Shown: positions 9,553-19,551, counted from the first letter of the stretch. The stretch: 64,000 nucleotides of DNA from an uncultured Rhodobacteraceae bacterium (GCA_947503775.1 CANNFE010000012.1:18737-82736), one strand, 5' to 3'. A program made the numbers and translations. Notes: generated from the letters alone by a model not told the origin.

Positions 9553-10955
9553 GCATTCAAGCCACCATCGACGCCTTGACCGACGCAGGCATCGAGATCG
9601 ACGTCAATCCGACCTCGGTGCGGGCGAAAAGTCGCGATTTCTTCTGGTATTCCCCGGTCCTGAAGGATCGCCTCGATCACGTGACAGCAGATTTCGTCGC
9701 CACCCCCAATACCGAAGCGGAGGTCATCGAGATCCTGCGCATCTGCCACGCCGAAGGCGTGCCCGTCACGACGCGCGGGGCAGGAACGGGCAATTACGGT
9801 CAGGCAATGCCGCTCGCCGGAGGCTGTGTGCTGCATCTGGCCAAGATGACCGCCATTCGTGAGATTGCGCCCGGTCGTGTGGTTTGCGAGCCGGGGATCC
9901 TGCTTAAGGATCTCGACGAGGCGTGTATCGCAGAGTCGGGTCAAGAACTGCGGATGTTCTCTTCAACCTGGGCAACGGCAACCATAGGCGGCTTCATTGC
10001 CGGTGGCTCAGGCGGGGTTGGATCGGTCCGCTGGGGCAGCCTGCGGGATCCGGGCAACATCATCCGCCTTCGCGTCGTGACCATGGAAGCCGAACCGCGG
10101 GTTCTTGAGATCACCGGCGATGCGCTCCACCGTGTCAGTCACGCCTACGGCACAAACGGTATTATCACCGAGGTCGAGATGCCGCTCGCGCCCGCCTACG
10201 ACTGGATCGGCGTTTTCATGACCTTCGACGACTTCGAGGCTGCTTTACGCTACGCGTATGACCTTGCCTCCTGCGACGGCATTCTCATCAAGCTGGCGAC
10301 TGTCTTTGAAGCGCCCATCGCAAAGGATTACTTCGCGCGCGTTGCTCCCCATGTCGATCAGGGCGACGCTCTTGTCGCGTTGATGATTGCGCCGCATGCG
10401 ATCCCGGGCTGGCAGACCCATGCCGCGGGATATGACGGCCGCATGATCTACCGCAGCGACGAGACGAAATGGGAGCGTGATCCGGGCCGGGTCTTTGAAT
10501 ACGGTTGGAACCACACGACCCTGCGCGCTCTCAAGGTCGATCCTGCCATGACCTATCTGCAGATCGCTTACGGCGTGGATGACCCCTTTGCCAAAGTTGC
10601 AGCGATCCGGGATGCGCTGTCGCCTGAATGCCTTCAGCATATCGAAATCACGCGGCAGGATGGCCGTGTCGCCTTGGGCGGCCTGACACTGGTGCGTTTC
10701 ACGACCGAAGAGCGCCTTGACGAGATCGTCGCACTTCACGAAACGCACGGCGCGATGAACTTCAATCCCCATCGGTACACGCTGGAGGAGGGCGGGCGCC
10801 AATCGGTCGATGCGCGCCAGCTTGATTTCAAGCGAGAGGCCGACCCCAAGGGTCTGCTCAATCCCGGTAAGATGATTGCCTGGGACGATCCTGATTGGAC
10901 CTACGAGCAGATGTATGCCTGGCCGGGCCTCAAACCGCGCGAGGCTGCCGAATAG
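9549..10955 (+). CDS. FAD-binding oxidoreductase (PCMH-type FAD-linked oxidase, GlcD-like)
   Basis: Start MSIQATIDALTDAGIEID at an ATGA overlap with the upstream stop. FAD-binding region (VTTRGAGTGNYGQAMP). The 611-aa ORF-track version has an Arg-rich non-coding-like extension. Confidence 0.8.
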   Translation: MSIQATIDALTDAGIEIDVNPTSVRAKSRDFFWYSPVLKDRLDHVTADFVATPNTEAEVIEILRICHAEGVPVTTRGAGTGNYGQAMPLAGGCVLHLAKMTAIREIAPGRVVCEPGILLKDLDEACIAESGQELRMFSSTWATATIGGFIAGGSGGVGSVRWGSLRDPGNIIRLRVVTMEAEPRVLEITGDALHRVSHAYGTNGIITEVEMPLAPAYDWIGVFMTFDDFEAALRYAYDLASCDGILIKLATVFEAPIAKDYFARVAPHVDQGDALVALMIAPHAIPGWQTHAAGYDGRMIYRSDETKWERDPGRVFEYGWNHTTLRALKVDPAMTYLQIAYGVDDPFAKVAAIRDALSPECLQHIEITRQDGRVALGGLTLVRFTTEERLDEIVALHETHGAMNFNPHRYTLEEGGRQSVDARQLDFKREADPKGLLNPGKMIAWDDPDWTYEQMYAWPGLKPREAAE

Positions 10956-11540
10956 ATGCCACGCGTCCACGTCCTTTACGCGAACCCGGTTCCCGAAAGC
11001 TTTGGCGCGGCCGCCCATACCGCCACCCTTGAAGCGCTCGAGGCGGGCGGTTGGCAGGTTGATGACTGCGATCTTTATGCAGAAGGCTTCGATCCTGTCC
11101 TGACCACCGAAGAGCGGCGCGGCTATCACGACGTGCCTGCCAACCGCGCGTCCGCTGGGAATTATGTCGACCGGCTTGAAGCCGCGGATGCGCTGGTTTT
11201 TTGCTTTCCCGTCTGGAACTTCGGCTATCCGGCGATCCTGAAGGGTTGGTTCGACCGTGTCATGTTGCCGGGCGTGTCATTTCATCTTAAGGACGGCGCT
11301 CTTGCGCCCGGGCTCGACCGATTGCGGAAGGTGGGTGCGGTCACGACCTATGGCGCAACACGGATGAACGCGTTTCTGGTTGGCGATCCCCCGCGCCGAT
11401 TGCTCACCCGCGTCATGCGGGGCGGTCTGCGTCCAGTCCGCCAGGTCCGCTATGTGGCGCAATACGACATGAACAATATCGATCCGGCCGGGTGCGAGGC
11501 CTTCCTCAGCCGGGTGCGCCGCGAGATGGGAGCATTCTGA
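10956..11540 (+). CDS. flavodoxin-like fold NAD(P)H oxidoreductase (NQO/KefF/MdaB-type), paralog 1
   Basis: 194 aa. VHVLYANPVPESF...LVFCFPVWNFGYPAILKGWFDRV is typical of the Flavodoxin_2 family. Starts directly after the upstream TAG. Confidence 0.8.
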   Translation: MPRVHVLYANPVPESFGAAAHTATLEALEAGGWQVDDCDLYAEGFDPVLTTEERRGYHDVPANRASAGNYVDRLEAADALVFCFPVWNFGYPAILKGWFDRVMLPGVSFHLKDGALAPGLDRLRKVGAVTTYGATRMNAFLVGDPPRRLLTRVMRGGLRPVRQVRYVAQYDMNNIDPAGCEAFLSRVRREMGAF

Positions 11541-12169
11541 TGAAGGCCCTTGTCATCTATTGTCATCCCAACGCCGAAAGCTTCACCGCTGCCGTGCGGG
11601 ATGTGGTTCTGGGCCGGCTGGAGGCAGCCGGCGCCGAGACGCGTCTTCGTGACCTCTATGCCGATGGGTTCGATCCCGTTCTCAGCGGCGCCGAACTCAC
11701 CACCTATACCGATGCGCCTGCCAATCGCGCGCCTGTCGAGGATCAACTCGCCGATCTTGAATGGTGCGACACGCTGATCTTCGTCTACCCGACTTGGTGG
11801 TACGGGCTGCCCGCGATGCTGAAAGGCTGGCTGGACCGGGTCCTTTTGCCGGAAGTCGCGTTCCATATGCCCAAGGCAGAGGGCGAGACAATCCGGCCCG
11901 GTCTGCAACACATCGAAAGGATCGGCGTCTTCACGACATGCGGCGCCTCCCGCTGGCTCACTTTTCTTGTCGGCGCCCCCGGCAAGCGCACGCTCTTGCG
12001 CGGTCTGGGCTTTCTGCTGCATCCGCGCGCGCGTAAGGTTTTCGTCGCCAAATACTTGATGGATAGCGCTTCCAAGGATGATCTTTCAGATCACCTTGCT
12101 CGGGTCGGTCGCGGCATGGATAAACTCATCGGCAAGCGCGTCCTGCGCCGCGAAGTGCCCGCGCAATGA
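11540..12169 (+). CDS. flavodoxin-like fold NAD(P)H oxidoreductase, paralog 2
   Basis: MKALVIYCHPNAESF...LIFVYPTWWYGLPAMLKGWLDRV. The ATG overlaps the upstream TGA by 1 nt. Clear paralog of the preceding gene. Confidence 0.8.
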   Translation: MKALVIYCHPNAESFTAAVRDVVLGRLEAAGAETRLRDLYADGFDPVLSGAELTTYTDAPANRAPVEDQLADLEWCDTLIFVYPTWWYGLPAMLKGWLDRVLLPEVAFHMPKAEGETIRPGLQHIERIGVFTTCGASRWLTFLVGAPGKRTLLRGLGFLLHPRARKVFVAKYLMDSASKDDLSDHLARVGRGMDKLIGKRVLRREVPAQ

Positions 12170-12951
12170 GCCGCCGCTGGATCGACTATCCCGCAACGGA
12201 CCTGCGCATCACCGATGCGACGATCGCCGTCCTTCCCACAGCCGCTGTCGAACAACACGGCCCGCACCTGCCCGTCGGTGTCGACACTTTCATAAACGAG
12301 GGTCTGTGCGATCTGCTTGAAAAGCGCTGCCCTCACACGCTTGATATCCGCATTCTTCCCGTCATGGCTGTCGGCAAATCCAATGAGCATCTTTGGGCAC
12401 CTGGAACGCTGACGCTCACAGCAGAGACCGCGTTGAGGGCCTGGACTGAAATCGGTCTCTCGGTCGCGCGGGCAGGGGTGCGCCGAATGCTGATCGTCAA
12501 CTCGCACGGCGGAAATGCCGATCTGATCTCGATCGTCTCTCGCGAGTTGCGGGTCAGGACCGGACTCTTTTGTGTCCGCATGGGATGGGGCGCCGATATA
12601 GGTCTTCCTAACGATCTCTATAGTCCTCAGGAACTGGCGCAGGGCATCCATGGCGGCGACGTCGAGACATCGCTCATGCTTCATCTGCGTCCTGACACCG
12701 TCGATATGACGAAGGCAAAGGATTTCCGCTGGACCCATGCCCAAGGCGAGATCCCACCGGTTGGCCCCGTCGCACATGGCTGGATCGCCTCCGACGTCAA
12801 TCCGGCCGGCGTTGCAGGCGAGGCGCATCTTGCGACTGCCGAAAAAGGGCGGCAGACGGCCGAGCACTACGTTGCAGGCGCAATTAGCATCCTGCAGCGG
12901 ATTGCATCCCAGCCCCTCGACCGCTTCGAACCGGTGCACACGCCCTTCTGA
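12166..12951 (+). CDS. creatininase (creatinine amidohydrolase) family protein
   Basis: 261 aa. The N-terminal AVLPTAAVEQHGPHLPVGVD and later NSHGGN motifs are characteristic of the creatininase family. ATGA overlap with the upstream gene. Confidence 0.8.
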   Translation: MSRRWIDYPATDLRITDATIAVLPTAAVEQHGPHLPVGVDTFINEGLCDLLEKRCPHTLDIRILPVMAVGKSNEHLWAPGTLTLTAETALRAWTEIGLSVARAGVRRMLIVNSHGGNADLISIVSRELRVRTGLFCVRMGWGADIGLPNDLYSPQELAQGIHGGDVETSLMLHLRPDTVDMTKAKDFRWTHAQGEIPPVGPVAHGWIASDVNPAGVAGEAHLATAEKGRQTAEHYVAGAISILQRIASQPLDRFEPVHTPF

Positions 12952-13226
12952 TATCTGGGACCATTGGGCATCAGCGGTCCGATAACACAGCGGCTTGAGG
13001 CTTCTTTCTCATGAAGAAAGGACGACAGCCGCGACGGTACTCAACGCGATGCCTTTCCGTGCTGTCACAAAAGCTTTGCATATTTCCGGCTATGCCTCCT
13101 CACGCTGCTTTGCGGCGAAGAAATTGTTGGTCATTCGCACCTGAACACGTTCAGATATAAAGCAGAGAGATCCGCAAAAGAGAGCGGGCATGCGGCGTGG
13201 CCGCACGATTGGAAGGGAGAAAACAC

Positions 13227-14198
13227 ATGATGAAATCACGCCTACTGGGTGCGGCTGCCTGGGCTGCCTTGACCGTGGTCGGACTGCCTGCTGCGGCACA
13301 AGACTGCCCCCGCGGTGATCTTGACGATCGCTATTGCGACGCGGATGGCGATCTGATTGCCGACATTCCAACCGACCCGGCAGATCAGATCGATCCGGAC
13401 ACGCTTATCTTTGCGTACACACCGGTCGAAGACCCCGCCGTCTACGAGACCGCTTGGGCAGATTTCCTTTCTCATTTGGAAGAGGTCACCGGCAAGGACG
13501 TCGTCTTCTTTCCTGTCCAAAACAATGCCGCCCAGATCGAAGCGATGCGATCGGGCCGGCTTCATATCGCAGGGTTCAACACCGGTTCCAATCCGCTGGC
13601 CGTCAACTGCGCAGGCTTTCGTCCATTCACCATCATGGCCGGTGAAGACGGCTCTTTCGGATACGAGATGGAGATCCTGACGCATCCCTATTCCGGCATC
13701 GAAACGGTCGAGGATATCCGCGGCGGGCAGATGGCTTTTACCTCTGAGACATCCAATTCAGGCTTCAAGGCTCCGTCTGCTATTCTGGCATCCGAGTTTG
13801 ACATGACCGCCGGAACCGATTTCGAACCGGTCTTTTCAGGTAAGCATGACAACTCGATCCTGGGAGTGGCCAACAAGGACTACCCCGCCGCTGCGATCGC
13901 GAACTCGGTCCTCGCCCGGATGATCGAACGGGATGTTGTCTCTGAAGATCAGATCGTTTCGATCTACAAATCCCAGACCTTCCCGACGACCGGCTATGGA
14001 ACCGCGTATAACCTCACGCCCGAACTGCAGCAGCAGATCCGCGATGCCTTCTTCTCGTTCGAGTGGGAAGGAACGTCGCTTCAGGAAGAGTTCGAGAAGA
14101 ATGGTGAAGCGCAGTTCCTCGAGATGACCTACGAGGAGTTCTGGTCCGTCATTCGCACCATCGACGAGGCCAACGGCGTCTCCTACGACTGCTCCTGA
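13227..14198 (+). CDS. phnD: phosphonate/phosphite ABC transporter substrate-binding protein (PhnD family)
   Basis: Signal peptide MMKSRLLGAAAWAALTVVGLPAAAQ. PhnD-like body (LIFAYTPVEDP...AAQIEAMRSGRLHIAGFNTGS). ATG at 13227 follows GGAAGGGAGA. Followed by phnC and phnE x2. Confidence 0.8.
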   Translation: MMKSRLLGAAAWAALTVVGLPAAAQDCPRGDLDDRYCDADGDLIADIPTDPADQIDPDTLIFAYTPVEDPAVYETAWADFLSHLEEVTGKDVVFFPVQNNAAQIEAMRSGRLHIAGFNTGSNPLAVNCAGFRPFTIMAGEDGSFGYEMEILTHPYSGIETVEDIRGGQMAFTSETSNSGFKAPSAILASEFDMTAGTDFEPVFSGKHDNSILGVANKDYPAAAIANSVLARMIERDVVSEDQIVSIYKSQTFPTTGYGTAYNLTPELQQQIRDAFFSFEWEGTSLQEEFEKNGEAQFLEMTYEEFWSVIRTIDEANGVSYDCS

Positions 14199-14236
14199 GC
14201 AGCCAGGCAAAAACCTTCTTTCCTTTAGGAAAATGG

Positions 14237-14262
14237 CGAGTGGCGGTGTAGACCGCCACTCG
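14237..14262 (+). promoter_or_regulatory. intercistronic perfect stem-loop between phnD and phnC
   Basis: CGAGTGGCGGT-GTAG-ACCGCCACTCG: 11-bp perfect stem with a 4-nt loop and no T-tract. The position, between the binding-protein gene and the ATPase gene, is typical of mRNA-stabilising or attenuating hairpins in ABC operons. Confidence 0.6.
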
Positions 14263-14285
14263 TTGACTCGATTCAAGGATCGCCC

Positions 14286-15080
14286 ATGCTGCGGCTCGAT
14301 GCGCTGACGAAGACCTATAAAACCGGTGACAAGGCCCTCAAGGCGGTCACACTGGACGTCCCGCCCGGACAGGTCATCGCCTTGATCGGTCCGTCCGGGG
14401 CCGGCAAGTCCACATTGATCCGTTGCATCAACCGGCTTGTCGAGCCGACCTCCGGCACCGTGATGCTGGAGGATATGGATCTGACGGGTCTGAGACCTGC
14501 CGCCCTGCGGCGCGAACGGCGGCGCATGGGAATGATCTTTCAGGAATACGCGCTCGTCGAGCGGCTGACGGTGATGGAAAACGTTCTGTCGGGTCGGCTT
14601 GGATATGTCGGTTTCTGGCGGGCGCTCACCCGCCGCTTTCCGCAAAAGGACGTGGACGAGGCCTTTCGCCTGCTGGATCGCGTCGGTCTGCTGCACATGG
14701 TCGACAAGCGGGCCGATCAGCTCTCGGGCGGACAGCGCCAACGCGTCGGGATCTGCCGCGCCCTGATCCAGGATCCTGCCCTCCTGCTGGTCGATGAGCC
14801 GACCGCGTCGCTGGACCCTAAGACATCGCGCCAGATCATGCGCCTCATCTGCGAGCTTTGCGCTGAGCGTGGTCTCGCCGCGATCATCAATATCCACGAC
14901 GTCGCCCTAGCCCAGAGGTTCGTCGCGCGCGTCATCGGCCTGCGCTTTGGCGAAATCGTTTATGACGGCGCCCCTGACGGGCTGACCCCGGAGAAGCTCA
15001 CCGAAATCTACGGCGAAGAGGACTGGGAAGCGACGATCGAGAAGGTCGACGAAGAAGAGACGGTCGAGGCGGCCGAATGA
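14286..15080 (+). CDS. phnC: phosphonate ABC transporter ATP-binding protein
   Basis: Walker [10 protein letters not shown], signature [15 protein letters not shown], Walker B LLLVDEPT. PhnC-like length and context. Confidence 0.9.
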   Translation: MLRLDALTKTYKTGDKALKAVTLDVPPGQVIALIGPSGAGKSTLIRCINRLVEPTSGTVMLEDMDLTGLRPAALRRERRRMGMIFQEYALVERLTVMENVLSGRLGYVGFWRALTRRFPQKDVDEAFRLLDRVGLLHMVDKRADQLSGGQRQRVGICRALIQDPALLLVDEPTASLDPKTSRQIMRLICELCAERGLAAIINIHDVALAQRFVARVIGLRFGEIVYDGAPDGLTPEKLTEIYGEEDWEATIEKVDEEETVEAAE

Positions 15081-15913
15081 GCGCCGACGTACAAGGGGAA
15101 ACGCATCGAGAACTGGACGACATGCTCGGCACCCGCTGGCGGCGTCCCCCTTTGGTACAAAAAGCATGGCTCCGCTGGGTGCTGCTGATTGGGTTCGCGC
15201 TCTATCTCGTTGCCGCGATCTCTAGTGTCGAGGTGAGCTGGGCGCGCGTCTATGAAGGCCTTGATCGTGGCGCGGCCTTCATCATGGCGTTCAGCCAGCC
15301 CGACTTTCTCAGCCGGTCAGACGCGATCTGGAACGGCATGCTAGAAAGCATCGTCATGACGGTCGCTTCGTCGGTCGTGGGGATCCTCATCTCGATCCCG
15401 ATTGCTCTTGGCGCGGCGCGCAACATTGCGCCTTTGCCCGTCTACCTGATCTGCCGTGGGATCATCGCCGTCTCGCGGGCCTTACAGGAGATCATCGTCG
15501 CGATCCTGCTGGTTGCGATCTTCGGTTTCGGCCCGCTTGCCGGGTTCCTGACCCTATCCTTTGCGACCATCGGGTTCCTCTCCAAACTGCTGGCCGAAGA
15601 TATCGAGAGCATGGACCGCTCACAGGCCGAAGCGATCCGCGCGACCGGGGCGCGCTGGTCGCAATGGATCGACTACGGCGTAAAGCCTCAGATCATCCCG
15701 CGCCTGATCGGCCTTTCGATCTACCGGATCGACATCAATTTTCGCGAAAGCGCCATTCTCGGCCTCGTGGGCGCCGGCGGGATCGGAGCCACACTGAACA
15801 CAGCTTTCGACCGCTACGAGTACGATACCGCCGCTGCCATCCTCCTTCTCATCATCGGCATCGTTATGGCGCTTGAATATATCAGCGGCATCATCCGCGC
15901 GCGGGTGCAGTAG
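15077..15913 (+). CDS. phnE: phosphonate ABC transporter permease
   Basis: 278-aa multi-TM protein with PhnE-type conserved loops ([10 protein letters not shown]..., [12 protein letters not shown]). ATGA overlap with phnC. Confidence 0.85.
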   Translation: MSADVQGETHRELDDMLGTRWRRPPLVQKAWLRWVLLIGFALYLVAAISSVEVSWARVYEGLDRGAAFIMAFSQPDFLSRSDAIWNGMLESIVMTVASSVVGILISIPIALGAARNIAPLPVYLICRGIIAVSRALQEIIVAILLVAIFGFGPLAGFLTLSFATIGFLSKLLAEDIESMDRSQAEAIRATGARWSQWIDYGVKPQIIPRLIGLSIYRIDINFRESAILGLVGAGGIGATLNTAFDRYEYDTAAAILLLIIGIVMALEYISGIIRARVQ

Positions 15914-16728
15914 TGCCGGTTACAGACACATCTCAAGGCCCCGTCTGGCGTCTGCGCAACCGGCGCGAGACACTGAAGCGCTGGTTTGGGTGGCTTCTGG
16001 GTATCGCGATCTTCCTTTGGTGCTGGGCGCGCATCTCAGAGGCGACGACATGGTTCTTTGTTTGGGATGCCCCCCGGATCGCCGGTGACATACTGGACCG
16101 GGCAACACCGCCGCGCTGGTCCTACATGGACAATCTCTGGGTTCCGATCTGGGATACACTCAACATCGCGACGCTCGGGACGATCGGCGCTTTGATCCTG
16201 GCTGTGCCAACTGCCTTTCTGGCGGCCCGGAATACCACGCCCTCGCGACTATTCATCCGACCGATAGCCCTTCTGATCATCGTGGCCACCCGGTCGATCA
16301 ACTCCCTGATCTGGGCTCTGCTGCTGATCGCAATTATTGGGCCGGGGGTCTTCGCCGGGATCATCGCGATCGCGATCCGTTCCATCGGTTTTTGTGCTAA
16401 GCTTCTTTACGAGGCCATTGAAGAGATTGACCACAGTCAGGTCGAGGCGATCACCGCAACCGGCGCCTCCCGCTGGCAGGTCATGGTCTATGGGATCGTG
16501 CCGCAGATCATGCCTGCCTTTGCTGGGATCGCGGTCTTTCGCTGGGACATCAACATCCGGGAATCCACAGTGCTGGGGCTGGTCGGCGCCGGCGGGATCG
16601 GTCTTCAGCTCCAGGCATCTCTCAATACGCTGGCCTGGCCGCAGGTCTCTCTTATCCTGCTGGTCATCCTCGCCGCCGTCGTGATCTCGGAATGGGTCTC
16701 GGCCAAAGTGCGCGGAGCCATCATCTGA
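15913..16728 (+). CDS. phnE: phosphonate ABC transporter permease (second PhnE)
   Basis: 271-aa paralog of the preceding permease ([12 protein letters not shown]). The GTG start overlaps the upstream TAG. Confidence 0.85.
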   Translation: MPVTDTSQGPVWRLRNRRETLKRWFGWLLGIAIFLWCWARISEATTWFFVWDAPRIAGDILDRATPPRWSYMDNLWVPIWDTLNIATLGTIGALILAVPTAFLAARNTTPSRLFIRPIALLIIVATRSINSLIWALLLIAIIGPGVFAGIIAIAIRSIGFCAKLLYEAIEEIDHSQVEAITATGASRWQVMVYGIVPQIMPAFAGIAVFRWDINIRESTVLGLVGAGGIGLQLQASLNTLAWPQVSLILLVILAAVVISEWVSAKVRGAII

Positions 16729-17110
16729 CACAGGAAGAGACTTTCGACGGCTACGAAGCCATGCGCCACCGTCTTCCAAACGCGGCAGACGGAGGATCCT
16801 GCACACCGGCGCGGGATTTGTCGCATCTTGCCGGAACGGCAACCGCCCTGATCATCTTCCACGGCGTGTTAAGATCAGAGGACCCACAGGCCACCATCAG
16901 CGAAAGCGGCATTCGGCCGGACCATGTTCTTGTCACAACCTGACAGCTTCGTGCCTCTTCGGTGATCCTTCGAACCGTATGTGGTTATTCAAATGCGCGG
17001 CAAATAAAGCTGGCTTCAAAAGTCCCGAAAATGCCGAAAAAGGCCCGGCATCCGCCACAGTTTTTGCCAGAGATCCCTTCAAATAAAACCGGTATTCTGA
17101 TGAGGGCGAT

Positions 17111-18367
17111 ATGAGCAGCATCCTTTCTTTGATCTGGTACATTCTGAACCGCGGTCCTTTGGCTCTGGTGGTGATTGGCGCGGCTTTGTTCGGCGCGGGC
17201 GTCTACTTCGAAGGCCTCGGCGAAGAGCGAGAGCAGCGTCGTGCCGCGGCTTTGGCGAAAGGCCCGCCCCCTGTGGTCGATATCGAGGCGTTTTCGAAAC
17301 GCCGTGATGTGCATGATTTCAGCGAAGTCCATGTCAGAACGCAGCTCGATTTTTCGATGGATTACCGCCTGACCCTCACGGGCGATGGCGCGGACGAGTA
17401 CGCCTATATGATCCCTCTGGTGGCCACAGACGCTCCCGAGGGGCAGGTGCCTCAAAGCTACGGTATCCTGATGTTGGACCATAGCAGCTTTACCTTCGAT
17501 GATATCGATCCGCTTCAGTACCTTGGAAATGCAGAGACGTTCGGCGCGTTCGGTCCGGTCGTGACGCTAAATGGTCGTAGCGGGGTGCTGACGACGTTCG
17601 AAGACATCGTGGACGACTCGTTCAGCCGGGAGGGGCGGGCTCTGCCATCCTCCGCCCTGATCCTTCGTGAATACCGCAATGGGCGCGAGGCCGCCTTTGC
17701 TCCGGGGCAGGCCTTTGACGGTCAGATCTTCAAGAATATCGCCTTCGCCTTTCTGGCCTTCGCCGCGCTGAAAGGTCTCTGGGCGCGTAGATCGCGGCAG
17801 GTTGCAGCCCAGCAAGAGACTCAGGAAGAAATTGGCGTCCCCGAGATGATGCAGCCGGACGCGCCGAAGCAGGAGCCCGCTCAATCCGTTCCGCTGTGGA
17901 AACAGCGCGATGCCGCACGGGCGGCGTACAAAGGTTTGGATGTCTACAAGGCCAAGGAACCCGTCAAACGGGAGCGAGAGAGTGTCAGTGTGGCCGCCGA
18001 AGCGCGGACGACGTCCTGGGTTGCAACCGCGCAAAGCCGATCGGAGGCGAGCCGTCAGACGACGCGCAGGAAAGGGCTATCTCCGGAGCATCGGTTTGCC
18101 GGCGCGATGATCGTCCTTCTTGCCCTTCTCGTCGTACTGCCGCTTTACGGCACCCGCTTTGGTGCCTCTATCACATCCGAAGGTGGGTTCCTCTCCTCGA
18201 TTTCCCTTCCCATCGAGGGTCTTCTAGGCGGCCCGACGCAAATGGTCAGCATCGAAACGCCGCGGAACCTTGGCCAACCCAGCCAAGAGCAGGCACCTGT
18301 TTCCCAGCCCAATGACCCTTTGATATCAGATATCGTCGAGAGATATCGAGCCACGCAAGGCCGCTGA
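17111..18367 (+). CDS. hypothetical membrane protein (about 3 predicted TM segments, charged Gln/Glu/Arg-rich linker)
   Basis: 418-aa ORF with hydrophobic segments (LALVVIGAALFGAGVYF; IAFAFLAFAALKGLW; AGAMIVLLALLVVLPLY). I recognise no family. Confidence 0.5.
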   Translation: MSSILSLIWYILNRGPLALVVIGAALFGAGVYFEGLGEEREQRRAAALAKGPPPVVDIEAFSKRRDVHDFSEVHVRTQLDFSMDYRLTLTGDGADEYAYMIPLVATDAPEGQVPQSYGILMLDHSSFTFDDIDPLQYLGNAETFGAFGPVVTLNGRSGVLTTFEDIVDDSFSREGRALPSSALILREYRNGREAAFAPGQAFDGQIFKNIAFAFLAFAALKGLWARRSRQVAAQQETQEEIGVPEMMQPDAPKQEPAQSVPLWKQRDAARAAYKGLDVYKAKEPVKRERESVSVAAEARTTSWVATAQSRSEASRQTTRRKGLSPEHRFAGAMIVLLALLVVLPLYGTRFGASITSEGGFLSSISLPIEGLLGGPTQMVSIETPRNLGQPSQEQAPVSQPNDPLISDIVERYRATQGR

Positions 18368-18372
18368 TATCG

Positions 18373-19167
18373 TCAGAATGTGACTGTCACGCCTGGCAGA
18401 TCGAGCGCCTTCATCAGGTCGCGAAGCTCTTGCCGGGCGGCAATATTCGACATGGTCAGGCTCGTTACGCCGACATCCCTCAAATCAAGCAAAGTCAGAC
18501 CCTTCGGAAACAGTTCGCGAAAGACGACCCGCTCGCTGAACCCCGGCGCCGGGCGAAATCCGATCCGCCGCGACAACGCGTCGATAGCCGCCTCCATCTT
18601 GCGCTTGTTCACCATCGCCTGGGTGCCCAGACGGTTGCGGATGACGACCCAGTCGATCGGCTTTTCTCCGGCCTTCGCGCGGCGTTGCCGGGCGGTCCAG
18701 ACCATTTCGGAATAGATGCTAGGCCCCTTGACGGTGGTTCCGTCCCCGTCGATCCGGGCCAGCAGGTCGAAATCGATGAAACTGTCGTTAAGCGGCGTCA
18801 CCAGAGTATCGGCGCGACTATGGGCGGCCTGGCTCAGCTCTGTATGCGATCCCGGGCAATCGATCAGGATGAAATCGGAGCGGTGCTCTAAAGCCTTCAA
18901 AGTTGAGAGCAGGACCTCCGTCTCGTCTGCGAGGCCCTCCTTGGGCATCTGGAAGTCATGATAGGCGGGGGAGGGCAATGTCAGCCCTTCGCGGTCGCAA
19001 AACGCCGCCCTGTTCTCCAGATATCGCCCCAGGGAACGTTGCCTGAGATCAAGATCGACCGTGCAAACCCCATGCCCCAAACGCGCGAGCGCCGTCGCGA
19101 TATGCATCGACACCGTCGACTTTCCGGCGCCGCCCTTCTCGTTGCCGACGACGATCACATGAGCCAT
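18373..19167 (-). CDS. mipZ: division-plane positioning ATPase MipZ (ParA/MinD-like)
   Basis: MAHVIVVGNEKGGAGKSTVSMHIATALARLGHGVCTVDLDLRQRS...VTPLNDSFIDFDLL...WVVIRNRL closely matches the Caulobacter MipZ pattern. ATG at 19165-19167 chosen. Confidence 0.9.
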   Translation of the reverse strand: MAHVIVVGNEKGGAGKSTVSMHIATALARLGHGVCTVDLDLRQRSLGRYLENRAAFCDREGLTLPSPAYHDFQMPKEGLADETEVLLSTLKALEHRSDFILIDCPGSHTELSQAAHSRADTLVTPLNDSFIDFDLLARIDGDGTTVKGPSIYSEMVWTARQRRAKAGEKPIDWVVIRNRLGTQAMVNKRKMEAAIDALSRRIGFRPAPGFSERVVFRELFPKGLTLLDLRDVGVTSLTMSNIAARQELRDLMKALDLPGVTVTF

Positions 19168-19269
19168 GTCTTGTCCTGTTCTGGCGCCCCGACGCGGTTC
19201 TATACACTCTTCCGGCATGTCCAACCGCAAAACCGACCGGCTTAAGCAAACGCCTATGGCTTAACGAAA

Positions 19270-19296
19270 AACGCCGCCCAAAGGCGGCGTTTCGTC
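19270..19296 (-). terminator. Rho-independent terminator downstream of rpmE
   Basis: The minus strand reads AACGCCGCC-TTTG-GGCGGCGTT followed by TTTTCG. It lies about 20 nt after the rpmE stop. Confidence 0.8.
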
Positions 19297-19315
19297 GGTC
19301 GATCGGACAGGCTGG

Positions 19316-19537
19316 TTAAAAGCCCAGACCTTCGTACTTTTTCTTGAACTTCGACACACGGCCGCCGGTATCCATCAGGCGCGTGTTGCCGCCCGTCCAA
19401 GCGGGATGCACTGTCGGATCGATGTCGAGGGAGATCTGGTCGCCCTCGTTGCCATAGGTCGAACGCATCTGGACGATGTCGCCGTTGGTCATCTTGACGT
19501 TGATGACGTGATAATCGGGATGGGTCTCTTTTTTCAT
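19316..19537 (-). CDS. rpmE: 50S ribosomal protein L31
   Basis: 73 aa: [20 protein letters not shown]...HPAWTGG...[15 protein letters not shown]. Confidence 0.95.
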   Translation of the reverse strand: MKKETHPDYHVINVKMTNGDIVQMRSTYGNEGDQISLDIDPTVHPAWTGGNTRLMDTGGRVSKFKKKYEGLGF

Positions 19538-19551
19538 CGCTTCGGATCCTC

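Noticed and set aside
13062-13083. A possible Pho box (CTGTCAC-AAAA-GCTTTGC-ATAT) about 160 nt upstream of phnD.
   Set aside because: Only the first 7-mer matches CTGTCAT well and the second repeat is poor. It cannot be supported without a species-specific PhoB matrix.
16761-16943. A 60-aa ORF (MRHRLPNAADGG...ALIIFHGVLRSEDPQ...) downstream of phnE as a real gene.
   Set aside because: It has no Shine-Dalgarno, is short, and has only a vague alpha/beta-hydrolase-like stub. It is treated as a possible remnant within a finding, not as a feature.
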